Below are positions 46,723-58,856 of a stretch of 64,000 bases of DNA, piece after piece. The stretch is from Perkinsus chesapeaki ATCC PRA-425 (Eukaryota > Protista > Perkinsozoa). Location of the stretch: contig JAAPAO010000021.1 in assembly GCA_013115145.1 (NCBI GenBank), positions 1 through 64,000 on the forward strand. The letters are read 5' to 3'. Made by a program: the position numbers and the translations under genes. How positions within the stretch are numbered: the stretch's first letter is position 1; every line of letters begins with the position of its first letter. The notes beneath the pieces were generated by a model. It had not been told where the DNA came from, searched no databases, and saw nothing but the letters and a program-made list of their open reading frames with translations.

Positions 46723-47957
46723 ATGGCCGATGTCCAGGCTGTTGCCAGTAGCAGCTCAGAGGTGCCTTTCGATATAGCCAAGGGAGCTGGCTATTGGGAA
46801 CTACAGCCTCCACCACTGTTCCGGTAATGGTCCCTGTCCCATGGAGAATGAACCCCATCATAGGTATTTCCCTCTCCGTCAATTCAAGCTGGCTGCAGGC
46901 AGACTTGATGGGCACCACCAATACGTACACAGACACAGCAACAAGTAGGCGTTCTTCCCAGTGTAGTTGGAGTATCTTTCCCTGTCAGCATCTTCTTGGT
47001 TGGAGCTGCTCCTACCCATGTGATGTTCACTGAGAACCCGGGAGCGAAGGTGAAGTCGGTTACGTATAGGGAAGGGATGACAACAACTCAAGGTGATTTG
47101 ACGGAAAGTTGGTATGAATACTTCTTCCTTCCAGTTACCGGCAAACGCAAGCGCGGTGCTATATCGGTTAATCCAACTACAGTATTAGCCGATGTTACCC
47201 TCGATAATGGGAAAGTGTATCCTCTATGCGCCTGCATCAAAGGTAGTGGGTCATGGTTATCTCTTGGTCCTCGGAATCTTGAAGCTATGTTCAATTTCTG
47301 GTGTTCACTACATCATGGCAGTGCGAATAGAGTCCTCCAAATTAACTTAGATTATCACGTTTTTGTGACCAATCTCTGCCAGATTATGACTCTATATACG
47401 CTGTTTTAACATTGTACTGCCTCTAAAGTGTCCCTCCCACGTCTCGACGTCCAAAGGATTCAAGTCAATCTATGTAAATTCCATTCCTTTTCATTTCGCC
47501 TCTGCTAGCCACATACAAAGTGGCGGCCTTCAAGCAAGCCGAGGGAAGGTGCTACTTACAGTAGCCTTGGCTGAGTTGGAGAATTATCGCTTGAAATTCA
47601 TCCTCTCGCAGGAAAGTGTAGCTGGGCATTTGCGTATGGTACCCATAGACCCCTCAGGTGATATAATCGAGACTAACACACGGCTCTGCGGGGGCGATGC
47701 TGCCAAGCTGATGACTCCCGATTACTGTGAAACAGAGGGCTTCGTGGCCATACTATTGTTGAAACTATCCAGGCTGAACGACGGAAGGTAGTATAGACCG
47801 TAGTGCTACTAAATGGTAATAACTTGCGCTTAGCCAAGGCCTCATCACAGAGGCAGAATACCTGGAGAAGTTCCCCAATGCTCGGGGACCTGTACGGTCG
47901 CGATACCGCACTACTATTCCTGATGCCTTAGTCTCTGATGAGGCCGACGATGATTAA
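46723..47957 (+). CDS. ABITRAM: Abitram/FAM206A (Simiate) family protein, multi-exon
   Basis: Exons HQYVHRHSN, VTGKRKRGAISV...YPLCACIKG and DIIETN...ETEGFVAILL match FAM206A motifs (QHSN; VSGK.KRGA; SCVRG.L.EVN; EGYIAVVL). Confidence 0.7.
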
Positions 47958-48057
47958 CGTTTATTATATTATATTATTGAGTTAGTATCTAGTACGCAAC
48001 AAGGTAAAGTAGAAACCATGCAGCAATGGCGTGTGCTACCAGTAACACTGGCCATCA

Positions 48058-49743
48058 TCAGTCCTTGGCATCTTGGATACCTTTATTGCAAATTTCAAAG
48101 ACACAGTCGCCCTCGGGTAAGCTAGGCGAGTCAATGATCTTCATGATCCTCTGTTCGCCTCTTCCTTTTCGAAGAGCGATACGAGTTGTACCTTCACAGT
48201 GATTTTAACTGACGGAAGCACCTCTTACTGTAATGGGCCAATACGTGGCCTCCTATAGGTTTTGGGGGATTAGCGGCAAAGGACATTGCCGCTGCTGGGT
48301 CCGCCATTACTTGGTTGGTGATGACCACTGCTAAGTTATACCTACAATCTCTTACATCTATCATCAAAAAGCATACATAGTAATAGCGACTTGGTATGCG
48401 ATATTGCAGTTCCTTGTTCCCTAATTCCGTCCAGTTTTCATCCGAATGACGAACGACTCGCGTCCCTATTTGATACTCATTGGCGGGCGACGGTTGTATA
48501 ATTGTATAGAACCCCAGGCGGTCTCTATGGCTAGTGAAACTAAGCCCTTACTCTTCACTTAGCTTCTGCAGTCGGCTCATAACCCGAGATAGGAGCTGTT
48601 GGCGCTCAGCCAGATCTCCACGACCAGTGAAGTCAACTCTGAATGGGCCCATAATACCTGATGACACTCTACCCAGAAATGATGAAAAAGGTCGCCTACT
48701 ATCGACCACAAGGAGAGCGTATTTCTCCTCGGCCATTTTTGCGGCAACACACAGCAGTAATTGCACAAGGTGCTCTGAGTTGTAGCATCTAGCATATATG
48801 ATGTTATCCAGGACCTGCTGAGGGTCCACCCCATAAGCCTGAGCAATCTGAGTTATCCTATCGGGTCGGAAGGTGTTCTCAGTGTCAATGTAGCAGACTT
48901 TCCCATTCGCCCCACCATACGACTGAGGCATCTGCGCGATAACGCTAAGTGAATGGCAGAGCTGAGTCTTTCCGCATCGGAACTCTCCGAAGAACTCGGT
49001 GATACTGCAGCTCTCGACGCCACCACCCAACAGCTGGTCAACTTTGGAGGAGCCAGTGGAAAGACGAAACCGTTTGCGGCATTTGGTGCGGACGAATTCG
49101 CTGCCCGTGATGAAGCCCGCACTAGTGAGCTTTCTGGCAGCCTCTTGTATCTTTTCAACCTTCTGCTCGGACAGCCCCTTTATGCTGCATAGATCCCTCT
49201 TTGTTGTGTATATAACCGCCATTGCTGTATTAAGCCCAGCTTCCTTCAGTTTACGGAGATCTGCCGCATTTATACCTACACCACCTCAAAGCTGAGTTCG
49301 ACTATCTACCATACCGGCATCTTGGAGCTTCTCTATCTCTTGGAAATCATCATCAACTTCTTCATCAATATCCGAAGCCATGTCCATAGCGACCTGCCCA
49401 AACAATGCCAATGGCCTCTCTAGACCAGCTTACATCGCCGCTCGCCTGTGCCCCGGTAGGTGATGGAGCACCTATGCAAATGGCTATAGCAAGATCAAGT
49501 GGGGGGTAGGGTACTCTCAACAGTGGCCGAGGCTGCAGATGCTGACGGTGCACTAGCCTGAGCCTTCTCCTTCCGAGGCCTTCCTTTACTCTTTGGCTTC
49601 TCGGCAGCTGGCTGCTTTGAAGGGCTTGCCATGGATGCCACCGCCTGAGCGTTAGATAGAGAAAGTGTCGGTATGAGAATTCTTACCGCTGCGAAGTCAT
49701 CCTGTGTCGCAGTAGGTGACACTTGAGCTGCTATAGCGGCCAT
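48058..49743 (-). CDS. DMC1: Meiotic recombinase DMC1 with N-terminal extension, multi-exon
   Basis: Walker [10 protein letters not shown]; DMC1-type [15 protein letters not shown] and [11 protein letters not shown] (rather than RAD51 RTDYSGRGELSARQ); PIGGHVLAH. Upstream exons splice in frame from ATG 49743. Confidence 0.9.
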
Positions 49744-50043
49744 TTCTATGCCTCGAATTAACTTAAAACATAAAGGATACTCTATTGGGTTGTTCAGAAA
49801 GGGGCAATAAATCTCTATGGCTACTTAGAGGAACTTTTGAAAGAGATGAACAAGATGCGCAGATATTCGGTGATGGCGGCGGAGCGTAGATGGGGCTTAA
49901 GCACGCACGATTGAGGTGAAACGTTTCGTGACGCCGCTCTCGTCATACAATACACATTTGTATTAATAACTCAGTTACATGTCGTACAATTCTTTTATCC
50001 TCAATAAAGGTTTTAAGTAACCTTCGAGTATCTTTCTGTGATA

Positions 50044-52009
50044 ATGGGGACAGCCAACGCTCCGCTAGAATCCCAAGTCATATGGTGAGTAGAGAGCAAC
50101 AGGTTCCCGTTTAAGGCTTATTTGTAGTTTAAATTGGTTTCTTTATCGAATGACCGGCGCCGTGGGTGAGCCCGAGGAAACCCCCAAGCATTTGTCCCAT
50201 ACAACTGCGGGATCTGAAGACGACGAAAATGAGCGAAGTAAACCTCAGTACATAGAATCTAACTTGTAGGTTGACCCGAGGTTCTCATAACTAGAAAGAT
50301 ACTCTCTTCAGAACCGCTACTACCGCCGAAACGCCGTTATTGGCCAACAAGCAGCCAGCTGCGTCCCAACCGAAAGTGAAGCAATGCTCCATAGGCGTCA
50401 CTATTGCCAACCTAATGAAGAACATCATCGGCGCTGGTAGGTTCTCCACTGTATTAACTCTTTATAGCTCTACTCTCAGGACTTCTTGCTTTGCCGAGGA
50501 GTTTTGCCCTTACTGGTAATGTACTTGGTACCATTCTCATTCTCATATTCGGTATCTGGAGTGCCTTAACCTTTAGCTTGGTTGGATATATGGGACATAA
50601 CACTGGTAAAACAACTCGCCCATTTTTGCGGATCATACGAGGATCACGAGGAGTGCAGTTTTTGCTAGGAGCACCTTAACATAGACTTTATTAATAATAA
50701 AGTCTATGTATAATCTATTAATAATAAATTATTATTATTATTTTTCTGGGATATTCGTGGGCTCCTCCGATACATTCTTTATCATTAACCGGTGGCTCTG
50801 TTCAGGCACATCCGATTTCGCTCAATTATGGACAGTATGTTTCGGCAAGAAGTCAGCTTGGATAGTTGATTTAATAATGTTCCTATGTACAGGCTGCCTC
50901 TGCCTCGGATTCTCTATCATCGTAAGCTATCTCATTGTAGCCCCACACCTTATCACGTTTGCAGATATGTGATTTCCTGAGCGAGTTCAATCTCAGCATT
51001 GGCCTGCCATGGTGGGCATGTACTCGTTGGTTTGTCGGTATCATTGCCCTCATACCGATTCTTCCGCTAGCTTATTCAAAGTAATAGACCCCCTAACCCT
51101 GCAGGGGTAGTCTACCCTTCAGATCTCTTAATTCTCTCGGATGGGTATCAATTCTCGGCCTATTGGCTACAGCTTACACCTTCGTGTACGTTGTAGCGGA
51201 CACCATTAAATTCAAGGCTGATGGCGGTGACGCCAACTTCGGTCAGCCCCGTTCGAAGATAACCCTATTGACCGTTCTAGAGGTGCTCCCAGTTCCATTG
51301 TTCCATCTCATTGCACTCTCCGTTATCCTCAGGCTGTCAGTCTTTTCGGTACAGCCTATGTTTGCCATTACAATGCCCCTAAATTCAACGTCCAGTTGAA
51401 GAACTCTACCGCCAAGCGTTTCAACGAAGTAGGCTTTCATTAATCCACTATCGCCCATAGGAGATTTCCCTTCAGGTCTCTTTGGTAAGCTTCGTTGGTT
51501 CCGGTCTAGTCTATGCTGTATTTGCTTGGGCTGGTCATGATCGTTTCGGTGATAGAGTTAACGGGGATGTCCTTACCGATTACCAAGGTACCTTTATACC
51601 GTTAATTTTGCACCAATTCCATCCGTTAGGTCCCTCGGCCGGTATCGGTTGCATGTTGATGTGGTTATTCATGGCACTTTGCCTCATTTGTGGTTATCCT
51701 GTTACCTATCTTTCCTCCCAGGAATCCCTCTACAGGTTAGGCTTCCACCTTCCGACGTGGATCTACGTATCCCTTTTAATGCTTGGTGGTATTCTCATTC
51801 ATAACCTATCCTTTTTCCTGGCGCTCGAAGGCTCTCTATTGGGCGTTACAGTAGGCTTCACCTTACCCGGTATCATGTTTGTAGCTCTTGCCTATAAGAC
51901 TGCCTGGGCTAAGACGGAGCGTACTGTTGTCTGGTTCAGTTGGGCCAGTATCTTTGTTGGCCTATTCTGCTCCATAGTCGGGGTGGTCTCGACCTGTATT
52001 ACCGGTTAA
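50044..52009 (+). CDS. Amino acid transporter (Aa_trans/SLC38-AVT family), copy 1
   Basis: NLMKNIIGAG|LLALPRSF, YNAP, GHDRFG..VNGDVL, GYPVT, and many TM segments. Confidence 0.8.
50679..50737. repeat. AT-rich tandem palindromes inside an expanded intron
   Basis: acatagactttatta-a-taataaagtctatgt (50679-50709) has perfect 15-bp arms. A second palindrome with 9-bp arms lies at 50719-50737, and attaataataaa occurs twice. Confidence 0.85.
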
Positions 52010-52200
52010 TTATATTTTTGTTTATCACAACACTCTATAGGTCTTCTCTACTTAAGCCATACCGTTCCTTTCTCGGTAACGGCATCCCTCTGCCCGTATC
52101 CTATGCTACTAACCTTTCTCTCTACCCCTTACTCTTGCGTCCATGGCTGCTCTATTACTCCGGGCTAGGTTTTTCTTATTCCCGAGGATAGATCCATTCA

Positions 52201-54115
52201 ATGGCCTTTGGCACTACGGAAGATCCCCACTCAAAAGGAGCTGCGTCATCCATAAGTCCGCCATCAGTTCCTGCTGCTGGACTCACGGACTCTACGGTGG
52301 CCCCAGGTGACCACGAAGATGGCCGAAAACACAGCCTCGAGTAAGCTTGCGAAGGCGGCCGGTTGCGTACTGCTCTGGTTTAGGACATCCCCGAGCTTCA
52401 GTGAGCCTTTGCTGTCCCACGAGGATCATTCCAAGGCTGCTGTAACCGCTGTGGGCAAAAGCTCCATGGCGGTCTCGATCATTAACTGCGTGAAGAATAT
52501 CATCGGTGCTGGTAATAAAGGGTGGGAATACCGTCGCTAGGGATCGAACCGGGGACTTATCAGGTATCCTTTCTCTCCCTCGAAGTTTTGTCCTATCGGG
52601 AGATATCCTGGGTACCGTACTTATCATGATCTTTGCCTTCTGGAATGCCGGAAGTTTCGCTCTTATTGGCTATATGAACCAGCGAACTGGTAACGCTACC
52701 CCTACGATAGTCCGATGAAGCGTTTCCGAATAGGTACCAATGATTTTAAGAGCTTATGGAACGCCGGCTTCGGGCGTAAAACTGCATGGATCGTTGACTT
52801 GTTCATGTTCCTTTACACAGCATCATCTTGCTTGGGTTTTAACATTGTGGTAGGCTCCCCATCTCTAATCGGCCTGTTGGATCCTTCTATTCAGATTGAT
52901 GATTTTTTGGTGCAATTTTGCCGTGGTATCCACCTGCCTGCCTGGATCTGTACCAGATGGGTTGCTGCGTTGATATCCCTTCTTGGTATCATGCCCCTTG
53001 CCTATAAAAAGTATTACCTTCCCCACCCTCCGACCGCACCAGCGTTCCTTCAGGTCTCTGGATTCGCTCCGTTACGTGTCCTTCTTTGGTATCGCTGCCT
53101 CGTTCTACTGTATTCTCTACGTCATTATCGACGCCATCAGATTCGCCATGGGAGACGTTATCGACCCCAGCGTCGATGACTCCATCCATGCACCAGTCAC
53201 AGTGTTCTCGGCAGTACAGGTAGCACTGAGCGGAGCGAAGCGATTATTTTATTGAGGAAATCATTTCAGGCCATGAGTATCTTTGCTCCAGCTTATGTAT
53301 GCCATTACAATGCACCAAGATTCAATAAAGAGCTCAAGCACACTTCTCCTGGAAGATTCTCAGAGGTACAGCTTGGAGGCGAAATTGCGCACCCGACAGA
53401 TTCGTCTTCCTTAATTAGCCGCCAGTAAATCCCGTGACCAAATTTTGCGTGGAGAATCTATTCATTAACGATAATCGATTTATTGAATACCTCTGTGCTC
53501 GTGATTTAGGCATCCCAATGCCTCTCCGATGCGAGCTCAGAATCGATACATGTCTGCCCCCCTTCAGGTGTCTTACATCAGTTTCATCTTCTCTGGTATA
53601 GTTTATGCTGCATTCGCTCTTGCTGGTCACTTCAGATTTGGTGATGGCGTCCACGGTGATGTCCTTACCAACTACGGCGGTAGCCTCAATAGTTGGCTTG
53701 CGAATACTATTGTTCCTTCTCAGGTCGCTACGCTAACATCTGGTGTCTGCTCATGTGGTTGGCCATGGCCCTATGCCTTATCTTTGGGTATCCTCTAACA
53801 TATATATCATCAAACGAGTCTCTGGAGCGTCTTGGTGTCCACTGCCCTCCGTGGCTTTATATCATCATCATGACCGTCGCTGGTGTCTTCATCAAGGATC
53901 TATCTGTTTTCCGTTCTTACCAAGGAGCCATCTTGGGTATCTCAGTTGGTCTAACTCTACCAGGTTTGATGTATCTTGGTCTAGTATGGAGGCGTGTTGA
54001 CTGGGCCAAGAGGATGAGAGGCCTCACCTGGTTCAGCTGGGCTAGTGTCGCCATGGGCCTGTTCTGCATGATAGTTGGATGTGTCGCTACAAGCCTTCAA
54101 CAAAGGCATCATTAG
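52201..54115 (+). CDS. Amino acid transporter (Aa_trans/SLC38-AVT family), copy 2
   Basis: INCVKNIIGAG|ILSLPRSF, CHYNAPRF, GHFRFGDGVHGDVL, GYPLT; tandem paralogue of copy 1 with matching intron positions. Confidence 0.8.
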
Positions 54116-54251
54116 CTACTGCCTCATACCCCAGTACCCCACTAGAGGGATATATGTCATCCATTCTGGTATGTATCTCCTATATAAATTTCCCCAATCT
54201 GCCGCCTGCTGCTCCTGCTTTAAAGTGCGCGGATAGCGCTGTTATGTTGTG

Positions 54252-55353
54252 ATGAGCAGGCCAGGCATCTTATGCTATTCGATAGCTATTTGTTGTGCGT
54301 TTCTTCTAAATAACAATCTGGCATCCCAGGGCCTATATTCCGTCCCAACCGTGTTGCGTTATTCAGTCTGGTAGGGGGCTGCTGTTGGGCACTACTGTTC
54401 TTAAGTGTACTGCTCTTATTATTCCCCCCATGGGAGGTGTCTGGTTACGCAACGCAGCAGTGGCAGGTGTGGCCCTATTCCTGGCTTGGAAGGGCAGATA
54501 TAGTAGCAAGTGGCAGTTGGTGATCCTTCTTTGGATCGGCGTAGTTCATACCACAACCGCCTTCCTTAATGCAACCCAACTGTATCCTGGTTTCCCCGGC
54601 AAAAGGTAGCTCTACCATCACTTTGATCTTTATGGTATCCCTCAGCCGTACCACTGGCGCACTAAACCCATTGCGGACCGTACTGTTATGGCCGTTCTTC
54701 CTCTTTCAATGGTGTTACGTTGCCACAGCCTTCCTGGTCCAACTGTCTCTATCGGGGGGCTGGAACCCCGGAGACTCCTATGCCGAGGTACGTCTTCTTC
54801 ATCCCTGCCACCCTCGCCACTGTTTGGGGCGTAGGTTGCACCAGGGCTCTTCGTTGGAGATATAATGGCATCAGCATTTGATCGCCAATGGGACGCTGTT
54901 CTCGATGTTACCAACGAGCTGCCGCGACTGAGCTCCTCTCGAGACTATCATTGCATACCAACATGGGACGGGTAGGCAGACAAGGCTCGGTATTTGTCAG
55001 ACTTGCCCGTATTAGGACGGCCCCGACGGTAGCCCAACTGGACGAGGCATGTAACTACATTCAACCTCTCCTTAAGAAGGATAAGAGCAACAACCACAAC
55101 GAGCGCGTTTTGATCCATTGCGCGCATGGCAAAGGCCGAAGTGTCACCGTTATGACCGCTGTCTTGGTCGGCCTTGGCATCGAGCCTGACTGGCGCTCCG
55201 CCTATAGTAGGGTAAGCAGCAGCCGCCGCCATCAAGCCGAGTAGGGCATGCCGGGCTTCTTAGATACGGTCACATCGGCGACAGGCTCATCTCAATGGGG
55301 TTATGCAGAAAAGGCTAGAGAATTGGGAGCAGGCCAGACGCCGAAAGATGTGA
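54252..55353 (+). CDS. Membrane-anchored dual-specificity phosphatase (YnbD-like)
   Basis: N-terminal hydrophobic exons, then GLFVGD, AVLDVTNELP, CIPTWDG and catalytic loop VLIHCAHGKGRS. Confidence 0.7.
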
Positions 55354-55757
55354 TGAAGTTAGTGTATCATAATAATACTGTCAACCAAATGTGTACTTTT
55401 TAAGACACCCTTCAGCAGCTTGTGTTGATTCTACTTGGGGGGATTAGAGACCGGGAAGCTTTCTTTTTCATAACCCAGGCTTTTCACCCTCAATGCCTTC
55501 ATAGAAATAAGAATCACCTTGCCATCTGCACATGAAATCTATAGTGGTTTCCGATTAGGTTTTTTGAAAAGGGGGACAGAATTCGTCAGAAATTGCACAA
55601 TAATTAATGCTTGAATCGATTCTCAGGAGAGTCTGTTGCCCTTCAGCAGTCTACTGGCTTCTATTAATGTTGTCTTGTGTTAATGGGTTAGTTTAAGTAA
55701 TGGTAACATACATCAGCGCAACTTCAGTTTACTCTTCAGGATGGTCACGAGAAAATG

Positions 55758-56405
55758 TCAAATCTGAAGTGCTTCGCTCCGCTTTTTTTCGTGGCGCGCG
55801 ACATTTCGTCTCATGCGCATTGTGCATTCGGTACCCCTGGTCTGGCAGATGTCCGATCTGAAAAGAGCCGCCAATTTGGAGGTAATCGCAGCCCTTCCGC
55901 TCGGCGTCATCTCCGCGATAGCTCCCAGCTCTTTGGCGATTCCCCAAACAGTCTTATTGAATAGGAGCAATCGAATCCAGTATTGTGGTTCACTTTATCA
56001 GGACCTGCTGACATCCCCCAAAGGCTCTAAGAGGCCGAGATCTGCCACAGAGAGTAGCGGTAAAGTGTTCGATGATGCTTCCTCTGATGACGGTGGATTG
56101 GACGGCTTAATGGGTAGTATGGACTCGCTGAGCTGTTGCGCATAAATCCATGGGAAGATGGGCACGAAGAGCCAGGCTGAATGCTTCCTATAGACTCCTC
56201 ACCCACTGTGGGGCGGAGCGTTATATGTCAGCTGCTTAGGACTCGCTTTCGATGACGATCTCGCAGCCGGTCTGGATGACACCTCTGGGATGGATGATGA
56301 GGAGGAAGAGGCGCTGCTATTTGGGGAGGACTTAAGTGCTGCGGATGACGCCATCGAGCCGGAGGTAGACCATAGCAGCCCCTCGCCTCTCCGTCGCGAA
56401 AGCAT
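55758..56405 (-). CDS. Hypothetical protein, multi-exon; boundaries uncertain
   Basis: Ser-rich exon, a short hydrophobic segment (WLFVPIFPWIY) and a basic C-terminal exon joined by plausible GT-AG introns. No family recognised. Confidence 0.3.
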
Positions 56406-56529
56406 CTTTAACGACAGGTGCTCTGGACGTCCCCTCGGCTATTAGATCGCTACACCCTATGTGTCGTACAAGATGGGGGAGCTGAACACACAGTACCTAT
56501 GAGCTGGTACCGTGAACGCAGCCCAGGAG

Positions 56530-58441
56530 ATGCCTCCAAATTTTCTAAAGAGTAGTAGTCGGAGGGTCGGGCCATGAAACGGACATCTCACGACAGGACA
56601 CCTGACTCCCCTCGTGCGGCTACTAACGTCCTTCCAACCCCAATTCCAGAGGTAATCCTCTCATGGGTTGGAATCTTAGGTTGATGCGTGCGCGACAGGT
56701 CCCAATTAACATGCCGGGAAAGTATGATCCTCGCTTCATTGAAGTATGCGACCATGACGGTAGAGAGAGTCAATTCCAGCATTGGCTTGAGCATGGATGT
56801 ATATGGAAGACTGGATTAGTTTGCACTATGGATCAAGAGGTGCTGCTTAAAGGGTTGCATTCATTTCCAATAAATCTGGCGGAGCGATGCAAAAGTGGAC
56901 TGGGGTTTGGGTGGAGGCTGTCAGTGGCTATTAATATGCTTTTCTTTGGGGTAGCACTCTCGTCCATCATGCTTGCAACCTAATTCGTCTCGAGCTGCAG
57001 CAGCTGCAATCGGCGGAGGACCATTCAGTCCAAATGGTTTGCGATCTGGTACTACATGGGAAACGAAAGGGTCGTGGGTTCGAATCTCTGTTCCTCCTTT
57101 TTAACCACGTTTCAAAACCGAACTGCCTCCGCAGAAGGCTGCTCTTCAGGAGGCTCTCCTCGTAGCACTCGTGCATCGCCAGCAAATGCAGGAGGTGACT
57201 CGACACTGGCCCGAGCCTTAGCGGCGGTGAACGCCGGTGGACCAGGAGGGGGCCAGTCAAACCAGGCCATTACCCAGCATTTGTTGTACGGCTCGTATAG
57301 CAGTGCAAATTTGAGATATATGGGATATTTTCAGACAGCAGTTGAGAGCCGTTACGTCAGCAGCTACTGCGGCGGCGAAGAGATCGGCTCACCCGATGCC
57401 AGTGGCAACCAGTGAGAGGGAGAAGTCTCATCAGATGAGGAGGGACTGGGACAAGCAGGTTAATAAATTAGGTAAGGATGGCCGGCTGTGTTATGGCAGT
57501 ATGAGCTTTCAGGCAAGCAGCTGATGGTCGCGATGGGCTACCGGGAATTAGACCGTGAGAATCGTCTGAACGAATGGTGTGCATGGTTGGGGGTTAAATT
57601 GACTTATATAGGGCTATCAAATAACAGCTACTCGAAGCTGCCAGGGGTGGTAATAACGGCTATGGGCTCTCCTGGATGGAAGGGAACGTCTGGCCAGGTC
57701 CCTACGGGTGCAGTAGGAGATATAGATCTTTGTGGCAATGGGCTGGAGGATGCACACCTTCATGTATTGGCATCAACACTAAAGCCATTCAACAGGCTTA
57801 GAGTAAAAGTGTTGAGGCTGTCACAGAATAACATATCTGATGGAGGCCTTGAATTGCTCCTCTCCTATCCATATATGCAGACATTACATTTGGATCGTAA
57901 CAAGCTCACCGGAGGGCAGGTAACAGATATCGGGCGAACTGGGATTGGTGAGCTGTAATGTTAGCGCCTCCTTCACTTTATTGTTAATGCTGTTGCACAA
58001 CTGAGGGAGACAAGGCACTCTCAAAGTGACAGGGAGTGGCGGTCTTTACCGCCGCTTTGGATCAACCTTGGTGGCAACTACATACAGGACGCCACTGAGC
58101 TCATACGGCAGCTCACCGGGGACCAGTACGGCCTGGTAGTTTGCCATCCAGAGCGGACGGGATGCGAACCGTAAGAACTGCTGCTGCGGGTGTTCTGTCG
58201 ACATATCCACTTCAGGTCTGCAATGTGTCGAGTGTATGGTGAGCGATGTGATGTTCATCTGGAGTGTCTTGGACACCAACGCCCCATCGAAGATATCAAG
58301 TACCATGAGAGTCTCCGAGCCGCCGAGGCTGCCCGAGCTGCGGGCCCTCCTCCTCCGCCAGGCGCTGGTAGCGATACCGTTATCGATGTGTCATCTGGTG
58401 GTGGAGTTGCTGATATTGTTGACTTGGAGGATGATGATTAA
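56530..58441 (+). CDS. LRR protein with C-terminal Cys/His cluster and acidic tail, multi-exon
   Basis: IDLCGNGLED, LRLSQNNISD, LHLDRNKLT, LWINLGGNYI (LxLxxNxL repeats); then CHPERTGC..C....C.VHLEC and TVIDVS..IVDLEDDD*. Confidence 0.55.
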
Positions 58442-58856
58442 TATGATCATATTACTATTACATTTCAAGTATCATAGATGATAGCATTGCTGCAAAATGT
58501 ATCATTTCCCCTTCCATTTCCTCATTCGCGTTTGGAGTACTCTCCACCGCCCCGGGGAACGCAAAAAATGATCAAGAGCGTCGCTAATCGCTAAGTGGTC
58601 GGTGAGTTAAGAGTGTGGCTTTATGGAGAGCACTCCAAAGTGATGAATACTAACGCGACACTGTATGGTAACTGCTACTGTCGGCTAACAGCGTTGAATC
58701 CTCCAAGCATGCAGTAAACGATAAAAAAGATATCCCATCTCAAAGTGACAGACAGAATTTTAGTAGGCTTGCATTGTAGGCAATGACAACTTGGGCAATA
58801 GTCTATTACAAAAAGGGAATAAAATCAAGCAGCACTGGTGGGGATTTGTGCTGGCT

